Of a stretch of DNA of 39,023 nt, positions 1 through 11,498 are shown piece after piece; position 1 is the stretch's first letter; every line of letters starts with the position of its first letter. Position numbers and translations under genes: made by a program. Below the pieces are notes generated by a model. It was not told where the DNA came from. It saw only the letters and a program-made list of their open reading frames with translations, and did no database searches. The DNA lies in contig JALJEE010002573.1 of NCBI GenBank assembly GCA_023231475.1, forward strand, positions 1 to 39,023. The letters run 5' to 3'. This DNA comes from Seison nebaliae. Lineage: Eukaryota.

Positions 1-112
1 AGAAGAGCTGAACAACAGAAATATCATGATATTATTTCAAGATACAACTCTTCGGACCACCACATCATCGGATATTTAAATTGATAAATTCAAATGTTTT
101 TTTGAATCATCT

Positions 113-1015
113 ATGTTCGATCCCGATTTAGCCTATTGTCCATTTCTTTTGGTTACTATTTGGGAAGTATGTATCGCAAAGTCATCTATGAGTGTTTTTA
201 AATCGCATGGGGAAGATGATGTCTGTTTATGTATAATCTCAAATTTGAATGAACGTTCATTGGGCCTATTGGTTGATTATATCAATGAAATTCTTCTCGG
301 GAACGTCGATTTCAATTTCTTAAGAATTTTCTCGATTGTTCCTGTCTATAAGGGCCATGGAACATATCTTTCCGATGTATCTTCTTACAGACCAATTTCC
401 ATTGCAAATGGTCTGATTAAGATTATTGAACAAGTTATAAAAAATCGTTACTCATCTGAATTGTATTCTTCCGTCTTTCAATTCGCTTATCGTAGAAATT
501 GCAGAGGAACGTTACCTTTACTGAATCTTCTAAAATTCTTCGTTTCTTCATGTCGTATATCTAAAACGAAATTTCTTTTTTATTTCTTGGACGCGTCAAA
601 AGCGTTTCATTCGATTTCGATGTCTCATGGTATGAGAGTCTTACGTAATTCGGGAATGGATGAGTATTCTCTTCGTTTCATAAGTGAAATGTTCACAAAT
701 GCTTATGATGTCATCAAACATAAATCAGGATCTTCGTCGTTATTTAAGATTAACAAAGAAGTCCGACAACGTTCAATTCTCACTCCTTGGATTTTTGGAA
801 GAATTATTGATGAAGTTCTTGTCGATGCTAACAATAACTTCTCTTTTAAAGTTGGTAATGAAAGTTTTCCTTCAGTTTTCGCTTATGCTGATGACATTCT
901 CATTTGTTGTAATAATTCAGTCTATCGACGAATCAAATTTATCATTTCTATTTTTTCTCTAGTGTTAAAATTTTTTCAATCCGGTTATCTTCTTTTGTTC
1001 TTATTATTCGATTGA
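113..1015 (+). mobile_element. Degenerate non-LTR (LINE-type) retrotransposon reverse transcriptase fragment
   Basis: RT motifs in order: IVPVYKG, SYRPISI, QFAYR, FLDASKAF, VRQRSILTP (cf. VPQGSxLSP, Gly lost), FAYADD. The ORF stops soon after YADD and no endonuclease domain is visible, so it is probably inactive. Confidence 0.85.
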
Positions 1016-1723
1016 TGTTCCTGAATCTTTCGATGAAGCTCTTTACATTTCTTCTAACTTCGATATTACTTCTCATATTCCGGAATATTTACGAGATGGA
1101 ATCGTCATTGGACGAAAACTTATCACTGACAATTGGTACAGTAATATATCTCATTTTCTTTTAAACCAACCCCGAAGGGAATTGATTTTATAATAAAAAA
1201 AAATAAAAAATGAAATTATTCAGATTATTATTAAATAAATTTGACTATAATTATTGTTATATAAATTTCATTGTCGTGCTTGACATCAAATTATTATTTT
1301 GTGAATAATGGAATTCGAAAACATCCTTTTTTGGATTGTATTAGATTTCCCCCCAAAAAAATTCCTACTTGTTTTCAATTCTGTTTCAGTTGAGGATATT
1401 TAGTATACTTCGGGATAATCTGCACCAGAAGTATCATTCTAGTGGAATATTCCAAAGGAGAGCTCTCTATAACGGGCTATACCACAGTTCATTTAAAAAT
1501 TCCCGCCGATAAGAGTAAAAACGCGACATTGTTTAATTTACATTAATAGTAAAAAGCAAGAATAAATTAGTAAATAAAATTTGAAAGAATAAAAAGAAAT
1601 GAGTTTTTTAAACTTTTTTCACAGGAACAATTTTAACATTAGGAAATTATTCCGCCAACAATTTTATTATTAATTTATTAGTTTTAAACAAATTACGAGT
1701 TATAGAAGAAATAAAGGAAGATC

Positions 1724-3040
1724 ATGCGAAATAGAAGTAAAATTAAATGCTTCGTTGGTAGAGTAAAAGGTTACAGAAGAGGAGCGTGTTCGGCTTCGGC
1801 TCTTTGTGACACTTCCACCGCCGATCCGTCACTCAATTTAAAGAAGATGCTAAACGAGCTAAAAAAATCGAAAGAAACAAAAGATAAAAAGATGACGTGG
1901 GATCCGAGAGCGAAGAGAGAGTGGCTAAATTTGAAGATTAAAATAGACCAAGATGAGAAACCGGAAAAAGACAAAGAGAAAGATATTTCAAATAACCGTC
2001 AACGTCGTAGTTCGACGGTTTCGAAATCAAGGAACGAAATTGATTTGAGTCGTTTATTAAAACATAAATGTACAGTTTGTGACATAGAAATTCTGAGATT
2101 CTATGATGAACATCTGGAGACTCTCAAACAGACTGATGAAGATTTTCAAATTCCACAAACAATTTACGAAGTTACTGACATAACACCACAGATAAGATTT
2201 GAGGCGTTGTCCGTACTCTATAATTTCGTCTTAATTTATGGTGTTGAACGAGTTATCTATCGATTTGCAGCTCGCTTATTCGATTGGACGTTATGGTGTA
2301 ATTTTCTAGTGAGGATGGAGACTATCATCGTGAACGGTTTCGCCTGTCTCTCAATTGCCTTGAAATTTTTCTATCGTAAATCTTTGTGTTATTCTGATTT
2401 TGAGGTATTTCTCAATAAAATGCAACATCTCAATCAACTGGTTCAAGCGACTTTCTCAAATATTTCTGTGAAAAATATGGAAAAAACTGAAGAAGCTTTA
2501 ATGAAACTTTTCGATGATAAAGTACCAGAATTTGTTCAAAGAGATTTTACTTTCAATTTCATCGGTATTTCCGCACAAGATGAAGCGATTGACAGATGTT
2601 GTGAATTCTTTGTAGAAATTGCGACGTTCAACAGTCGTTGTATTAGTCGATCGCAATATCTAATCGTTTCCGCCGCTTTATATTTAGCGATTTTCCTCTT
2701 CCAATTCCTTCCTGACAATTATTTGAAAACACAAGTGACCAATATTGAATCATTCTACAAACAAATCACTTCGAATCAATTACAGAAATATTTGAAAGAG
2801 TTCGAAGGAGAAATTGTGATAGGGAAATATCGACGATTATTAGGTGGCAATTTTCATCAAATGAGAATAATGGTTAGTGATTTGGCGAAGGAAATTAATT
2901 CGACATCATTCCAAGAAGTATTCAGAGCAATCAAATCGTTTGACATTCCCGTGAAGGGTATACTCATCGGCAATTTGAATGAGTCTTTCATATTTAATGG
3001 TGAGTCATCGTTAATGAGATTATTGGGCGAATTAAATTAA
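1724..3040 (+). CDS. Divergent A/B-type cyclin-like protein, 438 aa, single exon
   Basis: Cyclin box resemblance: ITPQIRFEALSVL (cf. ITxxMRAILVDWL), AARLFDWTL (cf. AVxxLDRFL), NGFACLSIALKF (cf. VGxxCLxIASKY). Second fold contains IVSAALYLA. Basic, disordered N-terminus. Confidence 0.75.
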   Translation: MRNRSKIKCFVGRVKGYRRGACSASALCDTSTADPSLNLKKMLNELKKSKETKDKKMTWDPRAKREWLNLKIKIDQDEKPEKDKEKDISNNRQRRSSTVSKSRNEIDLSRLLKHKCTVCDIEILRFYDEHLETLKQTDEDFQIPQTIYEVTDITPQIRFEALSVLYNFVLIYGVERVIYRFAARLFDWTLWCNFLVRMETIIVNGFACLSIALKFFYRKSLCYSDFEVFLNKMQHLNQLVQATFSNISVKNMEKTEEALMKLFDDKVPEFVQRDFTFNFIGISAQDEAIDRCCEFFVEIATFNSRCISRSQYLIVSAALYLAIFLFQFLPDNYLKTQVTNIESFYKQITSNQLQKYLKEFEGEIVIGKYRRLLGGNFHQMRIMVSDLAKEINSTSFQEVFRAIKSFDIPVKGILIGNLNESFIFNGESSLMRLLGELN

Positions 3041-3417
3041 GGTGGCGAAAATGTTAATTGAAAAATTTTTTTAAATTGTTCCAAATTGGTTTTTTCTTTC
3101 CAATTTCCTTCCCAACTAAATCGTTTTATTCACTCATGAATCTCACTCAAACGTCAGTTGAAGTTAATTTCTCCAAATTTTTTATTAGTCAATTCATTTG
3201 CGTGTTAGGACGGATCGCCATGGAATCCCGTCAAATTCCGTCTTGGTGCCAATCTCCTCTTATCTTTCCTACTCATATTTAGTTTATTACAAATATTTTT
3301 GAATATTCTTATCTGGTTAGAATTGTCACATTATTCCTTCATCAATCGAAGTTAAATTTCCCGTCAATAAAAATTTCTTTTTTTTAAATTAAATTCTCAA
3401 CTTCCAAATCAGAAACG

Positions 3418-3705
3418 ATGAAAGCTCATGCCGAATTCCTGATAATGTATCGGAGACATTCATATGAAATAAAAGACATCGTTCGAATCATCTCATTTCA
3501 CGATCAAACGTACCTGTCATCCAAATCGTTAAAATATCAGGATTTTCTGGAATTATTAGATTATACGAAAAAATTAGCTCATCGACTTCGACACCAACGA
3601 GAGTTGAAAGAGCGAGAACGTGCCTTAAATAATATCAGTTCATCGACGTCAGCTCTTCTCAAGAATGAATACGATTCCACCACATATCAATTCTTATTAA
3701 AATAA
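3418..3705 (+). CDS. Hypothetical 95-aa protein with short coiled-coil
   Basis: Clean ATG-TAA ORF with coding-like composition between AT-rich flanks; ends 123 nt from the Argonaute stop. No homology recognised. Confidence 0.45.
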   Translation: MKAHAEFLIMYRRHSYEIKDIVRIISFHDQTYLSSKSLKYQDFLELLDYTKKLAHRLRHQRELKERERALNNISSSTSALLKNEYDSTTYQFLLK

Positions 3706-3828
3706 TGAATATTATTTATTTATTTAAAATTGAAAAGAAAAAAGAACGAATTGAATGATATATCATAATATAAAGAGAGAATAGATAGAAGAATATTATT
3801 AAATTATTTCTCTCTTTAATATACATGT

Positions 3829-6300
3829 TTATACATAATACATACGATTCTGATTTATCATCGATCCCATCATATTATTATTGGACGGTTTCTGACCGGG
3901 CAGATCACAAATAAACGATTCATATGTAGATGCGCGTGTCGCCGCCATTGACGAATATCTGAGGACGACAGGAGATCGAACACGATAATTTTTGAAATCG
4001 AACGATAACAAATAACATAATTGACGAATACTCTCCTCGTCGATCTTCATCGAATTCACCAACACGTGATAATAAGTGGCGTGTAAGAGATTGTGCGAGT
4101 TATTTTGAGGCGCGGACAAAATGAAACTATTTTGATCTGAACTTCTTAAAAAATTTGAAGTTGAACTGGAAAAAGATTTTGTATCGGAATCGCCGTCATT
4201 CAATTTGAGTGAGAGAACCGAACCCGTCAAACTGTCAACATCATCGTCGTTTTTCATAGACTTACATCTGATGGTTGTGGGCTGAATGTCGGTGGAAGTG
4301 ATGGTGAAAGTGGAATTTCCACAATTGGCTTGGGCGAAAATTTTAAATGAATCCAAATTATCTGTGACGATATAAAGTAGTTTTGGAGCGAAAGGAAATT
4401 TATCTCGAATCTCCAAATATACAGTTCTCATTTCAAATGCCAATAAATCATCATATGATATCGGTCCCAATAACGAACGGAAAATGATGATATTTTGTGG
4501 TAATCGTTCATCCGTCCATTTCGCCATACAAATTGCAAACATTTCCCCAATACAATCATAAACTGATTGACTTCGATTCACATAAGTTTTCTTTCGCACT
4601 ACTGTTGATAATTCGCTCTGCATCGAATCTGCACTAGCCACCATTGCGATGAAATGATAATCTTTCGATTTCTTAATTGAAATGCCAATGAAACAAGTCG
4701 TTCCATCATTCGGCATCAATTTCAAGACTAATTGTCGTTTTTTTAAAGGAAATCGACCATTTAATTTCATTTCAATTTGACGAAATAAACTCGTCAAATA
4801 ATTCTCGTCCATAATTTCTTTCTTGATATTTTCAATTTTCACACATTGATTCACAATTCCATATTCGATTTCACTGATGGTTTTGAACGACGAATATTCA
4901 CAATCATTATCGATCAATGCCACAATGAACTCGATTTTATGCTCTCTAATCTTCGCCATTAAATCGTGCAATTCCACCAATTGTAACGTCTCGACCCATT
5001 TCGGCGTTTGTAATTTAATGTCATCCGATTTCGCAAATTTCTCAACAATTCGATTGAAATTGATGATACTATTTTTTTGATTACCAAATCCGATGAGCAC
5101 CCACGACCGTTTAGCTAAGTCGATTTGATGTTGTTCTTTCACCGATTTCGAATCATTCGAAATAATTTCATAAGTTTCTCCTCGAAATTTCTCGTATCGA
5201 TCAGGCGTCGCATAAGAAATACCGAAATCTTTCAAATCGATATTCTTCACGAAATCTTTCAATAATTTTTGACTTCGTTCAATTCCGTCACTTGTCACTT
5301 TTCTAAAAAGATCTTTTGGTAATTTCTGAGAACGACTCAAAGTAAATGGAACAAGTGAACAGAATTCGATGGGAATTGTCAATTCACTTTGATCTACTTT
5401 CACATATGGGAGATATGGTCGTGTCACTCTGACGGAATGCCATTTTTCGAATACTTGACAAAATGGTTGTCGACCCACCAAATGATCTCCTGCCGATTTT
5501 GTCGACAAATATGAAATTGTATGTTCTTTTTTGTCATGTGTAGAATAGATTTGGAGACCTTTCATCGTACTCGACACACGATACAAATGAGTTTTATTTG
5601 AATATTGGAAAATGTTATTTAAATTACCACCGAATAATTTCTCCATAAAATTTACGAGAGGCAATGACTCGTTGACGAGAACAATATTCGATTTGAGAAG
5701 GAGATAAACTTGAGAATTCTTATTATAACAAACGTCGAGTGTCAAAGCGTTGTGAGCTCGTCGAACTTCATCCACTGCCAACAATTCATCATCTTGATCG
5801 TCGACGAATCCTTTTGGAGTCTTTTTAAATCTCCTTCTCAATTCACACATGAACAATTCTTTCACTAACCATCGAATCGATTCGAATAGAACTTCATCTT
5901 TGTAATAGATACTGAGATAAGCTTTACGATTATCATCAAACGATACTTCCACATCTTTCAAATGATCCGGTACCATATGTAAATTAAAATCATCACATTC
6001 ATCTTGCTCGCCGGTGGGTTTAGGCAGATAGCCCGTCTCTTCCGTATCGAATAATATCGAACGGAATTGACGATGATGCATTCGGACATATCGGAGACAA
6101 GTCATTTTCTGACTTTCGGTGAAAATACCAGACGCATCCTTATCGTCATATTGTCGACCTTTCGTCCAACAGAATATCAGACGATATCGCAGAATGAATG
6201 GACATTTATTCTCATCGAACTTCAATCGCAAAGCATTCGATCCAAATTCGATCGGTCTCGATCTCAAATGCTCGTCCACCTTTTGTGAGATTGCCTTCAT
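3829..6300 (-). CDS. Divergent Argonaute (PAZ-MID-PIWI), 823 aa, predicted slicer-inactive, intronless
   Basis: PAZ: MKGLQIYSTH...PYLPYVKV...IPIEFCSLV. MID 5'-phosphate pocket: YSSFK...GIVNQCVK...QIEMKLNG. PIWI: CFIGIS, PQNIIIFRS, ATYYHVL, IRQLCYLLSF, SPVVLRYS. C-terminus RMYYV (cf. TMYFA). Confidence 0.9.
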   Translation of the reverse strand: MKAISQKVDEHLRSRPIEFGSNALRLKFDENKCPFILRYRLIFCWTKGRQYDDKDASGIFTESQKMTCLRYVRMHHRQFRSILFDTEETGYLPKPTGEQDECDDFNLHMVPDHLKDVEVSFDDNRKAYLSIYYKDEVLFESIRWLVKELFMCELRRRFKKTPKGFVDDQDDELLAVDEVRRAHNALTLDVCYNKNSQVYLLLKSNIVLVNESLPLVNFMEKLFGGNLNNIFQYSNKTHLYRVSSTMKGLQIYSTHDKKEHTISYLSTKSAGDHLVGRQPFCQVFEKWHSVRVTRPYLPYVKVDQSELTIPIEFCSLVPFTLSRSQKLPKDLFRKVTSDGIERSQKLLKDFVKNIDLKDFGISYATPDRYEKFRGETYEIISNDSKSVKEQHQIDLAKRSWVLIGFGNQKNSIINFNRIVEKFAKSDDIKLQTPKWVETLQLVELHDLMAKIREHKIEFIVALIDNDCEYSSFKTISEIEYGIVNQCVKIENIKKEIMDENYLTSLFRQIEMKLNGRFPLKKRQLVLKLMPNDGTTCFIGISIKKSKDYHFIAMVASADSMQSELSTVVRKKTYVNRSQSVYDCIGEMFAICMAKWTDERLPQNIIIFRSLLGPISYDDLLAFEMRTVYLEIRDKFPFAPKLLYIVTDNLDSFKIFAQANCGNSTFTITSTDIQPTTIRCKSMKNDDDVDSLTGSVLSLKLNDGDSDTKSFSSSTSNFLRSSDQNSFILSAPQNNSHNLLHATYYHVLVNSMKIDEESIRQLCYLLSFDFKNYRVRSPVVLRYSSMAATRASTYESFICDLPGQKPSNNNMMGSMINQNRMYYV

Positions 6301-6744
6301 TTTCTAATTATTTCAACAACTGCAATTTCATTATGTATCTAATCGATGAAATGGTAGAAAGAGTTTAAGTGATAGAAAAGGAAAACTTAAAATTTAAAAT
6401 CTTAGTTTAAGTATATTAATATATTAATTAAGTTTTGGTAAAGCCTAAAATTTAAAATTTTATATTTTCACCAATTCTATGTTAAGCTCATACTCTCATA
6501 TTCGCCATAATTGACGATAGTTGGCGAATTTTCGGATTATCGTCAAGAAATTAAACGTTCAATTTACAATCGAAATAAAATGTGAAAACGACAACTCCCC
6601 AAATTTGAATAAAACATTTTTTCTTCCTCAACTTTTCTGTCAACTATAACTAATAAATAATTTTAATTATAATTCAATCGTTTAATCAAAACTTTAAATT
6701 ATTCGATATTAAATAGAATGCTAATTATTTCATTTGAATCATTT

Positions 6745-7401
6745 TCAAAATTGAGAAACGCGAAATTGCGAGTCTAATTGTTCCTGATCGTTTTCCATTT
6801 CTTCTATTGTTTGAGATTCAGTTAGTGGCAAAATGATCAGGAAGTTGACGAACCATTGAATAGTTCCAAGTTGTATGAAAATGAGAAAGCACAACTGTGT
6901 CATAAAGTAGTTGTTGTTGTAATCTGTTCGATTTCCAAGGAGCCACGGCTTCAATTTCCGATATAAGGTGATAGTTGGAATGATGGAGGAAGTGATATCA
7001 TTGAAAAATATGATTGAAACGATAGCGAAATAATAATCTTCACTACTGTTATTATCTATAAACAAGCAGGGGAAAGAGGAGACTGATAATTAAAGATGAA
7101 TAAGAACGAACAACAACCGATATATATTGCACCGTTCAGTAATTTGCCCAGAATCGTCAGATATGAACTAGCATTGAAGCGTTCTCCGAATACGTGCATG
7201 TTGAAGAGATGGAAAGATATGAAGATAGAACCTAAAACGAACTATTTAAAATGAAAGTTAAAATGATTTTATTAGGGAAAATTTACCGATATTAGAATGT
7301 TGCCAATCGTTATCTTTCTCAATGGCAATTTCAGTTTTTTCATTTTTCCAAAAATGAACACACATTGGTCGATGAGATGAAACAATTTTAGATATGTCCA
7401 T
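6745..7401 (-). CDS. Putative 179-aa membrane protein, 3 exons (7401-7287, 7231-7118, 7055-6745)
   Basis: Removing GTAAAT..TTTTAG (7286-7232, 55 nt) and GTTGTT..TTATAG (7117-7056, 62 nt) gives one open frame of 540 nt with hydrophobic segments (YFAIVSIIFF; LCFLIFIQLGTIQWFVNFLIILPL). No family recognised. Confidence 0.4.
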
Positions 7402-8885
7402 TTTATTGATTAAAAATTGTCTTTGAAATTTAATTTAAATTTCCTATTAATTCATGTCGTCTTCCAATTCGAATATCAGTCAATTATTTTGAATAAGAAG
7501 AAAACTTATAGTTTGAGTATTATATGTAAATTGAGTTAAAATGTCGTAAAAATCCGTTTTCATCTACTTCCCATCGTCCTCGTCTGAGGGAGAATACAAT
7601 TCCATTAAAACGAGGAAATCTGACAAAAGTTAAAAGAGAATTTGAACTTGAAATTATCTAGAAGGATTATAATAAATATTGATGTTTTAAACAAATGATT
7701 CTATTCCGATTTATATTAGTTAGTAATAGTAACTGTGAATATTAAATTTCTAATAAAAAGAAATCGCATGTTAGCTCCTAAAGCTGCTTAACATAATAAA
7801 GAAATTTGATTAATGGAAAAATTTTATTTAATCGACCCGAAAATGAAGAAATATTTTCTATTCTGTCTTTGTTTTCTATATTATCTATTTTATTTCCATA
7901 CTCATTTTTCTTTCTTATCAGGTTTACAAAGACTAATTTATCGTGAGTATGTCAGTCGAAACTGAGTTATTGGAATTCTCTTATAAGTGCCGAAAGAATT
8001 CATTTTAGTATGTTTAAGTATGTCTAGTATGACAAAGAAGAAACTTCTTCAATCCTTCGGTTGGAACTTCTAACTCTAGTTGAGAAGTCAGTTTCGTTAA
8101 GAATCAAGATCATAATATATGGTTGTCGATAAGTTTAAATAATTGGACCGTTGAAAAAGATGTAAAGGGAAATGGGAAATATAAAGGGAATTATTTTGAA
8201 AATTTTCAAATTTCTAAAAAAGGAATTTCTATCAATATCGGCGAAATAAAATTGATTATGAAATTAATAATTATGAAATAATTGAATGAAATAGAATTGA
8301 TCATGATAAGAAAAAGATTTTTGCTCATCGAAATTTGGTAGATTGTTACGAACTATTTATTACGTAATTTCATGTTTTCTTCTTATTAAATTTCTGTTTT
8401 TTTCATTGTCTTTCTCAAAGAAGGTACTTTAGTATGATGAGAAATATGATGGATGAATTATTATCAGAGTTAGCTTTGGAGAATTTTAATAGAAATTTTT
8501 TGAATTTTTATTTTGAAATTCATAAATTTCGTTCATTTAATTTCCAGTCTACCGATATTGGGATTGAATTTTTAAGAAAATTTAGATTTTGTCTTTCTTT
8601 CTAAACGTCAATCAATTCCCTAAATATGTCATGATAAAATATTGGAGTGAAAATTGACGGGTCGATGCGTGATGATACAGCAGAAGACAAAATGAATTTC
8701 GAAGTTTTATTAATTTTAAAGTACAGAGATGAGATGATAGAGAAATTGACATAAGGAAAGGAAATATAACAAATTTACAATTGACTATAAAAGATATATT
8801 GATGTGATGGATATATGATTCTGTATACATTAAGGGAACGTAGATGCATGGCGGACTACATACAGGGAGTAAATGATGGCGATTG

Positions 8886-11140
8886 TTATGAGTTCGTTAG
8901 AGAGTAGACTTCACTTATCTCGTTGTTGGTGCTCAACGTAGAATTGGTAGTGACTATGAGTTTGTTGTTGGATTTCATTAAGTTGCTCTGCTCCTTCGTT
9001 TGTTTCATCATCAAATTGATCTTCTTCTGAATGTCCAAGGGAATATTCTCCTTCAAATAATATGACTGCGTTATCGGTTTCCTCGTATTCTCCAACATTC
9101 GGAACCAGTGATCTCTTCCCACTCCTTCGCACTTACTGCCCATGACTACACAACCGATTAACTCGTCGGAACCGATACTGAGAAATAATAAATTTGAATT
9201 TAAGAAATAAATAATATTAATTAACCGATCATAATCGATGACTTTTAATGCAAGTATCGCCTCGTCAACTTGGTCTTGTTGGAGATCGAACATCATTTCT
9301 TCCTCAAATTCCGGATTCAACGTATTCTTCCGCACGGAAGTTCGTTTCTTCTTCAAGCGCTTATTTCCACAATATAACGCCACTTTGACGTATGGATCTA
9401 AATAAGGGAAAATTAATGGAAAACTAATGGAATGGTGGATGAGGTTGATACAAACCTGATTTACCATTAATATCCATCGCTTTCAAATTCCTACAATTAT
9501 GGATGGTAATGGTCAATCGGCCGGCCGACGGTAAATGACATAATGAAATCGATATCTCACCCAATTCTGGGTCTTCCTTCGAAAGTTTAAAAAAAAATTT
9601 AAAAAAAAATTTTAAAAAAATTAATGAAAAAGAAGAGTAACTTCGGCGTGAGGATTGAGATGACGAACAATTTGTTTATTTTTCGTTCGGACATCTGGAG
9701 AGAATACGATCGGCTCCAACTTGATAGCGCCAATGAATTGATGTTTGGCGAAACGGTCGAAGTGATACATTTGGAAGCATAATTGTCTCGTGCCATTAAC
9801 TAGTTCGGGAAATTGAATGTTGTTGAAATAGAACGTCTCCTCGTACACCGGTTCCGTCGTCTTCCTCTTTATTTCCGTTTGGTACTTCTTCTTCTTATCA
9901 GGGAGCATGGAGACGCGGACGAACGTATCGAACTGGGCGAATTGAGAGGAGCGTTGTCGAATGTGGAAATGTTTGAGACGGTGACGGAAACTTTTCCGTT
10001 CGTTCAACCGTTCGATGGAATTCATGGAATTGCTCTTGTTCGTCTGTCGCAGAGTGAGATTGTTGGAGTTGATATTAGGATTATTGTTATTGTTATCGTC
10101 GGAAATCGACATTGATTTTTTTATATCGGTGTCGTTGAGACCGTCGGAATTGAGGACTTGTTTCGGATTCTTTAGATCGTACGCTCTCAACACACAAACG
10201 GCCAATGATTGAATGTCGTCGTTGTAGTTGACGGAAAAGACAAGACGACCAACTCCGTAATTGATGTTGGGGATAGCGGGCATCTTATACAATTCGGGTT
10301 CCAATTTACCCACATCCTCCGGTGTGTACGATGTCTTCCAAGTGGTGAAACGTTGTTTACGACGACGATCGAGAATAGAATTCATCGTTTTCGACGAATG
10401 ATTATTTGAAGGAGTGGAAGAAGAACGTGTATCATTCTCCAATCGCTTCAATAATAATCGTGTGGTATTATCTGAAGGTGATGGCGATGATGACGTAGAT
10501 GACGACGGAACATTCTGATTATTACCATCATTCTTCTCATCACCGTTCATCTCGTTGGCATGATGGTTGTTGTTCGTTGTTTGAGATTGATTAGAGAATT
10601 TATTGTCGTTCTTCTTCATCGCTTGTGTGAGCTGGAGTAGAGAGGAAGTGAGAGAATCCAATGGTTCCGATTCTAATAATTGTTGCTGATATTGGAATTT
10701 CTGTTGTTGTTGTTGTTGTTGTTGTTGATAATGTAATTGTTGATCGTGTGGATGTTGTGGAATCGTTGATGATTGCTGAATCTGATGGTTCGGATGTGTG
10801 GGACCATTGGGATTATTGAGCATTTGATTATTCACGTTGTTATTGTTGTTGTTGTTTGGATGGTTGACGATGGCACTATTTCCGTTTTTGAGACGATTGG
10901 TAGATGTGTCCAATGGCTGATTATTGTCGCCGTTGGAGAGGAGAATGTGCTCCTGCAAATTATTTCCTACGATATTTACACCAGGTATATTCGAATTATT
11001 CGCTGCCGTGGCGATCTTTTGCATAGCTGCGATGCCATTATCACGGAATTTATTCAACGCCGAATTGGTAAATCCACTAATTAGTGGCACGTCACCTAAT
11101 AAGTTGCCGTTCGGCAATTGTTGAGATGAAGAACCGGATA

Positions 11141-11176
<36 letters not shown>

Positions 11177-11285
11177 GCTGTTGTTGTTGCTGCTGCTGGT
11201 GTTGTTGATTTTGCTGCTGGTGTTGTTGTTGTAAATTCTGTTGTGGCATTTGTTGTTGTTGTTGCTGTAGATGTTGTGATTGTGG

Positions 11286-11316
<31 letters not shown>

Positions 11317-11498
11317 AATTGATCTGGTTGTACCATCGACATTTGTTGTAGGTTGTTCGATGGTGGCATCGAATCGAACGTTTCAGCATCGTCATCTTGG
11401 CCACCAATGGTCTTGATAGCGTTTTGGAAGCCTTGTATAAGACCCGTACTCGATCCGGCAATTTTATCCAATTGTCCATTTAATATATTACGAAACAT
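8886..11498 (-). CDS. Synaptotagmin-like tandem C2 protein (Syt3/6/9/10-like), about 813 aa; exons 11498-9642, 9576-9456, 9397-9226, 9177-8886
   Basis: GKLEPELYK motif, C2A ([10 protein letters not shown]...FDRFAKH), spliced C2B ([42 protein letters not shown]...[14 protein letters not shown]...[12 protein letters not shown]...GRDHW). Introns of 65, 58 and 48 nt restore the frame. Upstream exons are not excluded. Confidence 0.9.
11143..11315 (-). repeat. Coding CAA/CAG repeats (polyglutamine) in the synaptotagmin-like N-terminus
   Basis: Long (TTG)n/(CTG)n runs on the + strand; a second run lies at about 10701-10727. Confidence 0.95.

Noticed and set aside
113..6300. RT plus Argonaute as a prokaryote-style defence operon or retron
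   Set aside because: The RT is a decayed LINE-type fragment and the Argonaute is eukaryotic type on the opposite strand; nothing links them but proximity.
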